Source: Duodenibacillus sp. (GTDB taxonomy: Bacteria; Pseudomonadota; Gammaproteobacteria; Burkholderiales; Burkholderiaceae_F). Taken from it: 64,000 nt of DNA. The stretch is taken from the NCBI GenBank assembly GCA_017628205.1, contig JAGBZO010000039.1, positions 35,279-99,278 of the forward strand, read 5' to 3'. The translations under genes and the position numbers were made by a program. This document shows positions 43,023-53,594 of the stretch, piece after piece. The stretch's first letter is position 1, and every line of letters begins with the position of its first letter. The notes beneath the pieces were generated by a model. The model did not search any database. It was not told the DNA's origin and was given only the letters and a program-made list of their open reading frames with translations.

Positions 43023-44240
43023 ATGGCTACACCTTTCGATCCCAACCGCTTGACGTCTCTCGAACGTCGGTCGGCTTTGTCTTTGGCTTCGATCTTCGCC
43101 TTGCGCATGCTGGGACTCTTTTTGATCTTGCCTGTGTTTGCCGTATTCGCCGAACAACTCCCCGGAGGGGACGACCCGTTTTTGGTCGGTCTGACACTCG
43201 GCATTTACGGTTTGACGCAAGGCATTTTGCAAATCCCGTTCGGCATGGCCAGCGATCGATTCGGCCGCAAACCCGTCATTATCGTCGGCCTGTTAATCTT
43301 TATTGTCGGCAGCGTTATCAGCGCGATCGGCCACGACATCTACACCGTGATGGTTGGCCGTGCCATCCAAGGCGCCGGCGCTATTTCGGCCGCCGTCACG
43401 GCCATGTTGTCGGATTCCGTCCGCGACCGAGTGATCACGCGCGCCATGGCGCTGATCGGCGCATCGATCGGATTGACCTTCGCGTTCTCTCTCGTGGCGG
43501 CGCCCGTCTTGGCTACGTATATCGGCGTGCAAGGCTTGTTCTGGCTCACGGCCGCCCTCTCGTTCCTGTCGATCGGCGTGATCGTGTCGACCCCGTCCCC
43601 TAGCGTCTCGCAAGCGCGAGCCAACGCGAAACACCAGCCGTGGTATCGCATCGTATTCGATCCCCAGCTGTTACGACTCAATGTCGGGATTTTCATCTTG
43701 CACACGGCTCAAATGGCCTTGTTCGTCGTCATTCCCGTCCGACTGAGCGAGCTTGATCTGCCCGTCATCAATCACTGGTACATCTATTTGCCGACAGTCT
43801 TGGTGAGTTTCGTCGTGATGATGCCGTGCATCTCCCGTGCCGAACGAGCGGGCCGACTCAAACAACTGTATCTAATTGCAATCTCCCTGCTCTGTTGTGT
43901 GTTTGTCGGTTTACACTATTTCGACGTCAGCCTATGGGCGATTACGACATTACTGTTATTTTTCTTCATAGGGTTTAATATCCTAGAGGCAAGTTTGCCG
44001 TCTCTTGTTTCAAAGACGGCGCCGCCGGCCGATAAAGGCTTGGCGCTAGGCGTGTTCAACACAACGCAGTCCATCGGACTGTTCGTGGGTGGGGCACTTG
44101 GAGGGTGGTTGTCTAGCCGTTACGGTTCTTCCGGGGTTTACCTGAGCGGTGCGGTACTGATGCTGTTATGGCTCACGTTCGCATTCGGCATGGCCAATCC
44201 CGTCAGACACGAACGCGGAAAAGAAATCGACCTTAATTGA
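43023..44240 (+). CDS. MFS transporter (YajR-like)
   Basis: [20 protein letters not shown] motif [11 protein letters not shown]; conserved position between uvrA and ssb. Confidence 0.9.
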   Translation: MATPFDPNRLTSLERRSALSLASIFALRMLGLFLILPVFAVFAEQLPGGDDPFLVGLTLGIYGLTQGILQIPFGMASDRFGRKPVIIVGLLIFIVGSVISAIGHDIYTVMVGRAIQGAGAISAAVTAMLSDSVRDRVITRAMALIGASIGLTFAFSLVAAPVLATYIGVQGLFWLTAALSFLSIGVIVSTPSPSVSQARANAKHQPWYRIVFDPQLLRLNVGIFILHTAQMALFVVIPVRLSELDLPVINHWYIYLPTVLVSFVVMMPCISRAERAGRLKQLYLIAISLLCCVFVGLHYFDVSLWAITTLLLFFFIGFNILEASLPSLVSKTAPPADKGLALGVFNTTQSIGLFVGGALGGWLSSRYGSSGVYLSGAVLMLLWLTFAFGMANPVRHERGKEIDLN

Positions 44241-44266
44241 TTATTTTTGGTACGAAAGAGATATTT

Positions 44267-44740
44267 ATGGCTTCTATTAATAAGGTCATTCTGATCGGCA
44301 ATCTTGGCCGTGATCCCGAAACCCGCTATACCGCCGACGGCGGCACGGCGATCTGCAACATCGTTATCGCCACGAGCCGTCGTTACAAGGACAGCCAAGG
44401 CACGTTGCAGGAAGAAACCGAATGGCATCGCGTCGTCTTCTTCGGCCGTCAGGCTGAAGTCGCTCAAACCTATTTGCGCAAGGGTAACCCGGTCTATATC
44501 GAAGGCCGTTTGCGCACGCGTCGCTACACCGACAAGGAAGGCATCGAACGCTACCAGACCGAAATCATCTGCGAAACCCTGCAGTTGCTCGGCGGTCGTT
44601 CGCAGTCCGCTCAGCCTCAAGCCGACGACGGCTTCGAAACGCCGCGCCGCAATCCCGCTCCGCGTCCGGCCGCACCGGTGCATCAGTCGCCCGCACCGAT
44701 GAGCGCCACCGCTTTGGACGATGAGGACATCCCCTTCTAA
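44267..44740 (+). CDS. ssb: single-stranded DNA-binding protein
   Basis: [33 protein letters not shown], acidic DDEDIPF tip. Confidence 0.97.
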   Translation: MASINKVILIGNLGRDPETRYTADGGTAICNIVIATSRRYKDSQGTLQEETEWHRVVFFGRQAEVAQTYLRKGNPVYIEGRLRTRRYTDKEGIERYQTEIICETLQLLGGRSQSAQPQADDGFETPRRNPAPRPAAPVHQSPAPMSATALDDEDIPF

Positions 44741-44764
44741 AAGGTAGTTCGTTTCACCTAGATC

Positions 44765-44795
44765 AAAAGCGCTTCGGTTAACCGAAGCGCTTTTT
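44765..44795 (+). terminator. terminator after ssb
   Basis: AAAAGCGCTTCGGTTAACCGAAGCGCTTTT palindrome. Confidence 0.85.
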
Positions 44796-44915
44796 CTTTG
44801 CCCGAAACACGCAATTTGGTAGACATTGCCCGCCTTTTTGTTTACCCTTTTCCTCATCTTTTGGCGGGAAGGATTCGTTTCTTCTTTATTTTTTGTCTTT
44901 TGTTGAAAGTTATAT

Positions 44916-46244
44916 ATGGCAGCACAAGCATCTTGGCGTTCTCGCATCGGTTTTATTTTGGCCAGCGCCGGCTCCGCAGTCGGTCTTGGTGCCATTTGGA
45001 AATTCCCCTACATGGCCGGTACCAACGGCGGCTCCGCTTTCATGTTGCCGTACATCCTTTTGACCTTTACCGTTGGTCTTGCTCTTTTGATTAGCGAATT
45101 TGCCATCGGACGCGCCGGACGCGCCGGTGCTGTCGGAAGCCTTCGTCAGGTTGCCGGTCGTTTTTACGGCGTTTTCGGCGCCATCGGTACTTTGACCGGC
45201 TTCACGATTTTGTGCTTCTACTCCTGTGTCGGCGGTTGGTGCCTTAAGTATCTGGTCGACGCCGTCATGGGCCAGGGCCTTATCAGCGACGCGAACATGC
45301 TGAACCAATACTTCGGTGCGTTCGTCAGCGACGGCTTCACCAGCTACATGTATCAGCTGGTGTTCTTGCTCATTAACGCCATTGTCGTTATGGGCGGTGT
45401 CAACGACGGCATCGAACGTCTCAGCAAGGTGCTGATGCCCATGCTCTTCTTGCTGATGTTGGTTTTGATCGTTCGCGGTCTGACCTTGCCCGGTGCCTGG
45501 GCCGGCGTTGAATTCCTGTTCATGCCCAAGTGGGAAGCCGTCACGACCGACTCCCTTTTGAATGCCATGGGCTTCACTTTCTTCTCGCTCTCGCTCGGTG
45601 CCGGCACCATGGTGACGTACGGTTCTTACCTCTCCGATCGTTCCAACCTGTTGACCTCCACCAGCTGGATCGCTTTCTTGGCCATCGTCGCAGCATTGCT
45701 CGGCGGTCTGATGATTATGCCGACCGTCTTCGCTTTCGGCCTCGATCCGAATGCCGGTCCCGGTTTGACCTTCGTGACGATGCCCGCCATCTTCTCGCAG
45801 TTGCCCTTCGGTCAGTTGTTCGCCATCGCCTTCTACCTGTGCTTGACGTTCGCCGCCCTGACGAGCTCCGTCTCCATGATCGAAGCCGTCGTCGGTACCG
45901 TCACGAATGAAACGCGCATGACCCGTAAGACGACCGTCATCGTCTCGACCATCATTGCCGCAGTCATCGGTTTGTTCTGCACGCTCAGTTTCGGCGCCAT
46001 GAGCGACGTCAAGTTCTTCAACAAGAACATCTTCGACCTGCTCGACTACGTAACGAGTAACGGCGGCATGCCGTTGAGCTCGATGGGATTTGCCATCGTT
46101 GCAGGTTGGATTGGTTGGCATCACGTTGCCAAGCAGTTGCAAATCGCCACCCAATTGCCCGGTTGGTCGTTGCTCCTCATCAAGTTCTTGATCGGTGTCG
46201 TATCTCCCATCGTGATCGTCACGGTCGTACTCACCAGCATCTAA
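44916..46244 (+). CDS. sodium-dependent transporter, NSS/SNF (LeuT-like) family
   Basis: W.SRIGFILASAGSAVGLGAIWKFPY..G.NGG.AF, FFSLSLG, GPGL.F, AALTS. Confidence 0.94.
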   Translation: MAAQASWRSRIGFILASAGSAVGLGAIWKFPYMAGTNGGSAFMLPYILLTFTVGLALLISEFAIGRAGRAGAVGSLRQVAGRFYGVFGAIGTLTGFTILCFYSCVGGWCLKYLVDAVMGQGLISDANMLNQYFGAFVSDGFTSYMYQLVFLLINAIVVMGGVNDGIERLSKVLMPMLFLLMLVLIVRGLTLPGAWAGVEFLFMPKWEAVTTDSLLNAMGFTFFSLSLGAGTMVTYGSYLSDRSNLLTSTSWIAFLAIVAALLGGLMIMPTVFAFGLDPNAGPGLTFVTMPAIFSQLPFGQLFAIAFYLCLTFAALTSSVSMIEAVVGTVTNETRMTRKTTVIVSTIIAAVIGLFCTLSFGAMSDVKFFNKNIFDLLDYVTSNGGMPLSSMGFAIVAGWIGWHHVAKQLQIATQLPGWSLLLIKFLIGVVSPIVIVTVVLTSI

Positions 46245-46264
46245 TCCTTGCAACACCGTTGCGC

Positions 46265-46296
46265 AAAATGGCCGATCCCAAAGATCGGCCATTTTT
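46265..46296 (+). terminator. terminator after the NSS transporter
   Basis: AAAATGGCCGATC...GATCGGCCATTTT. Confidence 0.8.
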
Positions 46297-46606
46297 CTCT
46301 CGGCGTCCTTTCGCCTAATCGTTCCGACGTCCTCCCAATCCTTATTTTTTTCGTCGATGCGTCTTTCTTTGAAAACTGAAATGCCCGACCATCAAGACGC
46401 CTTGCCCCAAAATCCGTACGACGCAACAATCGCATCCGACCGACTCCTCTCATGCGTCGATTCGGGATGTAGCCGGCACCTTTGTCAAAGCCTCGCCGCT
46501 GCTCGATTTCATTCGCCTCATCCGCCGCGACGATGGCTTCGACCCGCCCGCTAAAAAAAACCGAGGCACGCGATGCATGCCTCGGTTAGCTCTGGCGACA
46601 ATTGTC

Positions 46607-47815
46607 TTATTCGTGACGGACCGCTTCGATCGGATCCATGCGAGCGGCGTTGCGCGCCGGGAAGAATCCGAATACGATCCCCGTCAAAGCGGCAAAACCG
46701 AAACTCACGATATTGATCGTCAGATCGAATACGAACGGCACGTTCATGACGATCGACAACCCGTATGCCGCCCCCAGAGCCACGACGATACCCAACAGAC
46801 CGCCCAAACAACCGAGCACAACGGCCTCGATGAGAAACTGCAACAAGACTTCCTTGGCCGTAGCGCCGATAGCCAGACGAACGCCGATTTCTCTCGTACG
46901 TTCCGTCACCGACACCAACATGATGTTCATGATACCGATACCACCGACGAGCAAACTGACCGCCGCAACCGCACCCAGCAAAGTCGTCATGATTTCGGTC
47001 GTGGCCGCCACGCGTGCGGCGATTTCCGCCGTATCCAAGATCATGAAATTATCGGCGTCCGTATCGGACAACGAACGACGTTCGCGCATCAGAGATCGAA
47101 TCGCCTGTTTCAAGCTCTCTCGATCGCTGTCCGGATTCACACTGACAAGCAGGGTGTTCACGCGGACCTGACCGACCAAACGACGGGCCACCGTATTGAA
47201 GGGGAGAACGACCAAATCGTCCTGGTCGCCGCCCATGGCAGCCGTACCTTTTTCCTTCAACAAACCGACCACGCGACAGGAAAAACTCTTGACGCGTAAC
47301 ATCTTGCCGACCGGAGAAACGTCGCTCCCCCACAGTTCCTTGCGAATCGTGTTGCCAATCACGCACACGGACGAACCGGCCAACTCTTCGTTTTGTTCGA
47401 AATAGCGGCCCTCTTCAAGCTCGCGGCTGTTGGCGCCGAAATAAGCGACCGTGGAACCGACGACGGAGGTCGACCAGTTTTTGCCTTCAGCAACGACCGT
47501 CGTTGCACGCGAGATCTGCGGCGCCACGGAATCGATGCCGGCAATCTGAGTCGTCAACGCCTGAACGTCTTCCAGCTTGAAATACGGAGCGCCTTGCGCA
47601 CCGCCCGCCCCCATACGCTGACCGGGACGCAACATCAACTGATTGTTCCCGAAACTCTCGATTTGCTCCCTGACCGCAACGGTCGCGCCGTTGCCGACCG
47701 TCACCATCGTGATGACGGCGGCCACGCCGATAACAATCCCGAGCACCGTCAGCAGCGAACGCAACGGATTGCGCCAAATCTGACGGAAAGCCAACAAAAT
47801 CGCATTACCGAGCAT
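46607..47815 (-). CDS. MacB-like ABC transporter permease
   Basis: RSLLTVLGIVIGV, VGGIGIMNIMLVSVTERTREIG.R.A.GA, PARNAARMDP; ATG 47815 overlaps the ATPase gene end. Confidence 0.93.
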   Translation of the reverse strand: MLGNAILLAFRQIWRNPLRSLLTVLGIVIGVAAVITMVTVGNGATVAVREQIESFGNNQLMLRPGQRMGAGGAQGAPYFKLEDVQALTTQIAGIDSVAPQISRATTVVAEGKNWSTSVVGSTVAYFGANSRELEEGRYFEQNEELAGSSVCVIGNTIRKELWGSDVSPVGKMLRVKSFSCRVVGLLKEKGTAAMGGDQDDLVVLPFNTVARRLVGQVRVNTLLVSVNPDSDRESLKQAIRSLMRERRSLSDTDADNFMILDTAEIAARVAATTEIMTTLLGAVAAVSLLVGGIGIMNIMLVSVTERTREIGVRLAIGATAKEVLLQFLIEAVVLGCLGGLLGIVVALGAAYGLSIVMNVPFVFDLTINIVSFGFAALTGIVFGFFPARNAARMDPIEAVRHE

Positions 47816-48515
47816 CTGACACCTCCAGTGTGCGCGTGTCGGACTCAATCGCACCGTCAACGAAACGAATGCGGCGTTTGGCAAAGGCAGCCATGTCCGG
47901 CTCGTGCGTCACCAATACGATGGTGATGCCTTCGTCTCGGTTTAAATCGGACAGCAACTGCATGATTTCCAAACTGCGCTGACTGTCCAAACTCCCCGTC
48001 GGCTCGTCCGCCAACAAAAGCAACGGATGCGTGACGATAGCGCGGGCAATCGCAACGCGCTGTTGTTGACCACCCGACAACTCGGCCGGCGTGTGACTTT
48101 CCCAAGCTGACAACCCCACGCGTTTCAACGCCTCCCGAGCCATCTCGTGACGCTCTTTGGCGGGTACTCCGCGATAGAGCAGCGGAAGCTCGACGTTTTC
48201 CAATGCCGTTGTACGGGGTAACAGGTTAAACCCCTGAAAAACGAACCCCATATACTGACGTCGAAGCAAGGCCCGTTCGTCGCGCGTCAACTCTTCAACG
48301 TGCAACCCTTCGAACAGGTATTCGCCGCGCGTCGGACTGTCGAGCGCTCCGATAATGTTCATCGTCGTCGACTTGCCGGAACCGGACGGCCCCATCACGG
48401 CCAAAAATTCCCCGCGTTCGATATCCAGAGAAACGCCCTTGAGCGCGTCAAAAGCCGCCTCCCCCGTACCGTACCGCTTATAAATGTCTTTTAACTGAAT
48501 GAACGGTTCTGTCAT
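47805..48515 (-). CDS. MacB/LolD-like ABC ATP-binding protein
   Basis: GPSGSGKST, LSGGQQQRVAIARA, LADEPTG, VTH. Confidence 0.95.
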   Translation of the reverse strand: MTEPFIQLKDIYKRYGTGEAAFDALKGVSLDIERGEFLAVMGPSGSGKSTTMNIIGALDSPTRGEYLFEGLHVEELTRDERALLRRQYMGFVFQGFNLLPRTTALENVELPLLYRGVPAKERHEMAREALKRVGLSAWESHTPAELSGGQQQRVAIARAIVTHPLLLLADEPTGSLDSQRSLEIMQLLSDLNRDEGITIVLVTHEPDMAAFAKRRIRFVDGAIESDTRTLEVSDAR

Positions 48516-48527
48516 GGCGACACACTC

Positions 48528-49802
48528 TTAGATGTTGGACTTGAGCTGTTGCGTAATGATTCGATCGCCCTGCTTGACTTCGTCGGAAAGCAGTTCGGTC
48601 ATACGCCCGTCCGTCAACCCCGTCGTCACGCGAAGTTTCTGCGCTTTGCCATCACGCAGGACATAGAGCGTCTGACGGCGTTGAACTTGCCCCTGACCGA
48701 CTTCTTTTGCCGTCTTGATCGAACCCGCATGCGGACGACGCATCATCATCGGATTGATGGCGGGGCCGGATGAAGCGGCTTGAACCTTGGGGGCGAAGCG
48801 CAATGCCGTATTGGGCACCAAGAGGATGTCGTCCTTTCGCGCCGTTTCGATGGTTGCCGTCGCGGTCATGCCGGGACGCAAAGCCAAATTGGGGTTTTCG
48901 ACGCTCAAATACGTCGTATACGTCACGACGTTGTCGGTCGATGCCGCCGCACCGTAAGCCACCTTCGTCAAGCTCGCCTTGAAGTGACGGTTGGGATAAG
49001 AGGCGACCGTAAACGTCGAAGGCTGTCCGGGCTTGACTTGACCCACATCGGCCTCGTCCACGTCCACTTCCAATTCCAGCTGGCGCAGATCGGTCGCGAC
49101 TGTCAACAACTCGACCGCCTGCAAACTGGCCGCCACGGCATACCCCGGTTCGACCGAACGAGCCAAAACAACGCCGTCGACAGGCGACTTGATGGAGGCT
49201 TTTTGCAAATCGGTTTCCTTGGTGGCCAAGGTCGCCTGAGCGTCTTCAATGGCGGCGCGGGCGGCCAATACGGACGCCTCGGCTTTCAGAACGGTGGCCC
49301 GCTGTTCGTCAAGTTCGGCACGAGACGGCAAACGTCCACCGGACGAACGGTTAAGTTCTTCAAATCGATTCAATTTGGCCCGGGCTTCGACCACGCTGGC
49401 TTCACGCTCGGCCAAATTGGCCTTGGCGCTCGACAGCGATGCTCGGGCTTGATTGACCGCGCTTTGCAACTTGGCGGTGTCGAGCTCAATCAGGACTTGC
49501 CCGGCCTTGACTTCACTATTGACGTCGACGAGCACGCGAGCAACGATCCCGGACAATTCCGAACCGATCGACACAGTACGAACCGGCTTGAGCTTGCCGT
49601 TGGCCGTTACCGTGACCTGAATGGAGCCCTTCTTGAGCTCGACGGTTTCATAGTTAGGAGCCTTGGGCTGCGCCGACTGCCACCAATACCAACCGCAAGC
49701 CGCCGCGGCCAACGTAACGACGGAACCGAACAACCACTTGCGCCGACTCGAACGAGCCCCCGTTCCCAACAACTTTTCTTTCGCATCCATAGCCTTAGTC
49801 AT
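48528..49802 (-). CDS. MacA-like periplasmic adaptor (membrane fusion protein)
   Basis: N-terminal TM, lipoyl halves (SG.V..V.VD, I.SPVDGVV), hairpin, VDEADVG, LRPGMTA, VPN.AL. Confidence 0.93.
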   Translation of the reverse strand: MTKAMDAKEKLLGTGARSSRRKWLFGSVVTLAAAACGWYWWQSAQPKAPNYETVELKKGSIQVTVTANGKLKPVRTVSIGSELSGIVARVLVDVNSEVKAGQVLIELDTAKLQSAVNQARASLSSAKANLAEREASVVEARAKLNRFEELNRSSGGRLPSRAELDEQRATVLKAEASVLAARAAIEDAQATLATKETDLQKASIKSPVDGVVLARSVEPGYAVAASLQAVELLTVATDLRQLELEVDVDEADVGQVKPGQPSTFTVASYPNRHFKASLTKVAYGAAASTDNVVTYTTYLSVENPNLALRPGMTATATIETARKDDILLVPNTALRFAPKVQAASSGPAINPMMMRRPHAGSIKTAKEVGQGQVQRRQTLYVLRDGKAQKLRVTTGLTDGRMTELLSDEVKQGDRIITQQLKSNI

Positions 49803-49807
49803 AGCTC

Positions 49808-51232
49808 TTATTCCTTCTTGCTCGTGTCGATTTGATTCGTGTCATCAGGCGTCCAACCGCCTCCGACGGCTCGATACAGAACCACCAACTGGGTGGCCAG
49901 ATCGGCATTGTTAACCTGTTCGGCGTCGCGCGCGCTGAACAAGCTACGTTGAGTGTTCAAAACATTTTGGTAATCCACCAAACCGGCGCGGTACTGTTGC
50001 AGTGCCAGATCGGCGGCCGATTCCGCAGCCTTGCGAGCCAACGCCAACGATGCGGTGCGGGTTTGCGCCGAGGCGATGCCGTTCAACGCGTTTTCCGTTT
50101 CTTCCAATGCGCCGACCAGCGTAGCCGTATAAGCGACCTGCGCTTTTTCAAGCTGCGCCTTGGCCACTTCCGTACTCGTAACTTGTTCGGCCCAATTGAA
50201 CAACGGCATCGACAATGCGCCGACCAAGGCGGCCACGCCCGTGCCCGAAGCGCCCAAAGCGCTCAGCGTTGCGGCCTGCGTTCCAAGATTGCCGCTCAAT
50301 CGCAACGTCGGGAAACGTTGAGCGTTGGCAACGTAAACACGTTCGGCCGCGGCCAACAATTGCATTTCGGCCGCACGCAAATCGGGACGCTGATTGAGCG
50401 TTTGTGCCGGGAAACTGATCGAAATGCCGGTCGGTGCGATCGGCACTTCGGCCGTTGCCTTCACCTTGACATCGGCCGCGTTTTGTACCGTCAAACGAGC
50501 CAACGCGTTGACATAACGCTGAATGGAAGCCTCGATAACCGGGATCTGAGCGCGAGCCGATTCCACATTGCTCAAGGATTGGTCGACGTCGGTTTGATCG
50601 ACCAAGCCGGCTTCATATCGCCAACCGGCGATATGACTGGCTTCGACATAGTTGCTCAGCGTCTGTTGCGCAATTTCGCGTTTGACGTAAGCCAACTTCA
50701 ACTGAATGTAGTTCTGCGCCACTTCGGAAGCGATGGCGATTCGAACGTCCTCGAGCGTCATGACGCTCGATTGCGCTTCGTAAAGAGCGGCGCGGCGCTC
50801 GGCCAGGTTGCCGCCGATAAGGGAAAACGACCAAGTGCCGTCACCCTGTGCGCTCCAACGATCGGAACTGGAGTGATTTTGACGGGAATGCGTCCCTTGT
50901 CCCGACAAGCCCAACGAAGGGAACAAGTTGGCCGTCGCCAAGTCCGCCTGAGCGGCGGCGCTTCGAACGTTCGCCAATGCCTGACGCACGTCGGTGTTGT
51001 TCTTTTGTGCAAGCTCGATCAATGCGATCAGTTCGTCGTTCTCCCACGCCTTCCACCAGTTGGCATTGGTTTGCACTGTCAAGCTTTGCGCAACGGGGGC
51101 ATTCCATTGTTCTTGAATCAACGAGCCGTGGTCCTCTTGCAAAAGAGGTTCGACACTCGAGCAACCGGAAAGCAACGCTATCGATGCCAACGCCGGGATG
51201 AGAAGACGTCCGGAAAATGTTTTCGTTTTCAT
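49808..51232 (-). CDS. outer membrane efflux factor lipoprotein (NodT/OprM family)
   Basis: Lipobox LSGC, WW..W....L..LI..A..NN.D, RPDLRAAE, LYRAVGGGW; ATG 51232 with GAGGA RBS. Confidence 0.93.
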   Translation of the reverse strand: MKTKTFSGRLLIPALASIALLSGCSSVEPLLQEDHGSLIQEQWNAPVAQSLTVQTNANWWKAWENDELIALIELAQKNNTDVRQALANVRSAAAQADLATANLFPSLGLSGQGTHSRQNHSSSDRWSAQGDGTWSFSLIGGNLAERRAALYEAQSSVMTLEDVRIAIASEVAQNYIQLKLAYVKREIAQQTLSNYVEASHIAGWRYEAGLVDQTDVDQSLSNVESARAQIPVIEASIQRYVNALARLTVQNAADVKVKATAEVPIAPTGISISFPAQTLNQRPDLRAAEMQLLAAAERVYVANAQRFPTLRLSGNLGTQAATLSALGASGTGVAALVGALSMPLFNWAEQVTSTEVAKAQLEKAQVAYTATLVGALEETENALNGIASAQTRTASLALARKAAESAADLALQQYRAGLVDYQNVLNTQRSLFSARDAEQVNNADLATQLVVLYRAVGGGWTPDDTNQIDTSKKE

Positions 51233-51465
51233 TGTAATTCCTCGGGGCATTGCGACTCCCCTGCTTTTACCTGATCGTATTGTGACGGAAAGCCCGGTTA
51301 ATGTGCCTCGGCAACCTGTAAACAAATTTGTACGCGACCAACCGCGAGCACACTCGGACGTTGACGACACATCCTAATGGAAATCTCGGGGCGTATACCG
51401 TTTTGTCGGAAGGTATGCCATCATATTGAGTTAGTGTATTGAACTTATTACAACCGCTGACAGTC

Positions 51466-52164
51466 ATGTATTCTCGTGCGCCCAAGATTTTGATTATTGA
51501 CGACGACGTCGAACTCGTAACGCTTTTGGTCGATTATCTGACGCTCGAAGGTTTTCAAGTCTCCTCCGCTTACAACGGATTGGACGGCCTGACCGCCATT
51601 GCACAAGATCAATTCGATCTGGTTATTCTCGACGTCATGATGCCCGGAATGAGCGGCACGGACGTCCTGGTACGCTTGCGCGAACGCTGTTCGACGCCCG
51701 TGCTGATGCTCACCGCCAAGGGCGATTCTTTGGACCGCATTCTCGGACTCGAATTGGGTGCGGACGACTACGTCGCCAAGCCCTGTCCTCCGAGAGAGCT
51801 CGTTGCACGCCTGCGAGCCATTTTGCGCCGCTGCTCGCATTCGGAGTTCGTACACGGTCCCTTGATCGTCGGGCCGCTGTCCATCGACCTGCCTCACCGC
51901 CGCGTGACCGTCGACAACGAGCCGCTCAACCTCACCGGCACCGAGCTCGCGCTCATCGACATGTTGGCTCGCAAAGCGGGTTCTCCGGTTGCCAAGACGG
52001 ACATTTATCCTCAGGTGCTCGGGCGTCCCATGGGACGTTATGACCGTGCCATCGACGTGCACATCAGCTCCATTCGCCACAAGCTGACCGAAGCGATCGG
52101 TCATCGCATCACCATCGAGAGCGTGCGCGGCGTCGGCTACCAAATGGTTCTGCACAACGCCTGA
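51466..52164 (+). CDS. OmpR/CpxR-family response regulator
   Basis: IIDDD, LDVMMP, MLTAKG, GADDY..KP, DRAIDVHIS, VRGVGY. Confidence 0.94.
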   Translation: MYSRAPKILIIDDDVELVTLLVDYLTLEGFQVSSAYNGLDGLTAIAQDQFDLVILDVMMPGMSGTDVLVRLRERCSTPVLMLTAKGDSLDRILGLELGADDYVAKPCPPRELVARLRAILRRCSHSEFVHGPLIVGPLSIDLPHRRVTVDNEPLNLTGTELALIDMLARKAGSPVAKTDIYPQVLGRPMGRYDRAIDVHISSIRHKLTEAIGHRITIESVRGVGYQMVLHNA

Positions 52165-52166
52165 GC

Positions 52167-53513
52167 ATGACCAACAAAGCCGTCAAACGCCGTGTAGGCG
52201 GTATCTTTTTACAGTTGTTCGTCGGACTGTGGATTGCGCTCATCGCCATTGCCGCCAGCGTTTGGCTGATCAGTTCCAATTACCAGGACTATCCCAGCCG
52301 CGTCAATTCGATCGACAACGGGCGCAATGCCAACCGCGCGCTCAATACCGCCTTAAACGTCCTGCATGCGGGAGGCCGCGAAGCGTTTGAAACTTGGCTC
52401 AAAGACTCCAAACGCAACAGCCGTCCCGAAATTTTCGTCGTCGATGCTCAAGGCAACGAACTGACCGGGCGCAAAGTACCGTCCAAGGCGTTGCAAGAAC
52501 TCAACGCCCCCATACCCAACCGTTTGTTGGTCGTTCACATCATGACGCAACAAGGCGCGTGGCGCATGTTTGCCGTGCGCACGCAGCCGTTGCCGGCCAC
52601 GTTCTTCTCTTCGCTCATGCGCACGCCGTTGTGGGTGCAATTCATGATGGCGTTACTCGCCACAACCTTGGTTGCCGGGGCTTTGGCCTGGCATTTCGCC
52701 CGACCGATTCGTAAACTGGACTGGGCCATGAGAAAGGCCGCCGAAGGCAACCTTGACATTCGCGTTGCAACGACCGTCGGTCATCGTTTCGACGAAATAG
52801 GCGCTCTGGCCCAACGCTACGACGCGATGGCGGAAAAAATCGACGGCCTGCTCGCCCGACAAAAGCGTCTCTTTCACGACGTGAGCCATGAATTGCGCAG
52901 TCCTTTGGCTCGATTGGAGATGGCCATCGGCATCGCTCAACGCGACGAAACCCGACGCGACGACATGCTCGAGCGCATTGAAAAAGAAATTCAAACCCTG
53001 GACGCCCTCGTGGAAGAGTTGCTCACCTACGCCCGTTTGGACGACAACGCTCCGATGACGTTCGAGCCCATCGACCTGGTCGAGGTGTTAAGCGACATCG
53101 TCGACAACGCCAACTTCGAAGGTGAAAAGCGTCGCATCCGCATTCTGCTCGAGAGCCCCGACAGTTGCGTGCTCAACATCCACGTCGACACGCTAGGCCG
53201 AGCCGTCGAGAACTTGATCCGCAACGCCTTGCGTTTTTCTCCCGACGACGGCATCGTCCGCGTTACGTTGAAGATCGATGGGAACCTCGTTCGTCTGGAA
53301 GTACTCGATCAGGGCCCCGGCATCGCGCCCGAGCAGCTTGAAACCATCTTCCATCCTTTCGTACGCGGTGCCAACCAGGCAACGGGCAGCGGTTTCGGTT
53401 TGGGCCTGGCCATTGCCAAGCGGTCGGTGGAACGTCATCAAGGCACGTTGACCGCCGTCAACGTACAGCCTTGCGGCCTGAGCATGCGCATCGAGTTACC
53501 CAAAACGAACTGA
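52167..53513 (+). CDS. CpxA-like sensor histidine kinase
   Basis: Two TM segments, HAMP, DVSHELRSPL, ENLIRNA, DQGPG, GFGLGLAI. Confidence 0.94.
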   Translation: MTNKAVKRRVGGIFLQLFVGLWIALIAIAASVWLISSNYQDYPSRVNSIDNGRNANRALNTALNVLHAGGREAFETWLKDSKRNSRPEIFVVDAQGNELTGRKVPSKALQELNAPIPNRLLVVHIMTQQGAWRMFAVRTQPLPATFFSSLMRTPLWVQFMMALLATTLVAGALAWHFARPIRKLDWAMRKAAEGNLDIRVATTVGHRFDEIGALAQRYDAMAEKIDGLLARQKRLFHDVSHELRSPLARLEMAIGIAQRDETRRDDMLERIEKEIQTLDALVEELLTYARLDDNAPMTFEPIDLVEVLSDIVDNANFEGEKRRIRILLESPDSCVLNIHVDTLGRAVENLIRNALRFSPDDGIVRVTLKIDGNLVRLEVLDQGPGIAPEQLETIFHPFVRGANQATGSGFGLGLAIAKRSVERHQGTLTAVNVQPCGLSMRIELPKTN

Positions 53514-53542
53514 CGCTGCAACCGTCCGACGCACCAACAACG

Positions 53543-53578
53543 AACCCCGTCGAGCGAACCGCCGACGGGGTTGTTTTT
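53543..53578. terminator. terminator between convergent kinase and IMPase genes
   Basis: AACCCCGTCG...CGACGGGGTT then T-run. Confidence 0.7.
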
Positions 53579-53594
53579 GCCTGAAAGAGCGACC

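Noticed and set aside
46297-46606. About 300-nt intergenic region as a possible ncRNA or small gene
   Set aside because: Only terminator hairpins and short motif-less ORFs are visible; no recognisable RNA family.
51316-51333. Possible CpxR box TGTAAACAAATTTGTAC in the efflux/TCS intergenic region
   Set aside because: Half-site spacing does not fit GTAAA-N5-GTAAA; too weak to call.
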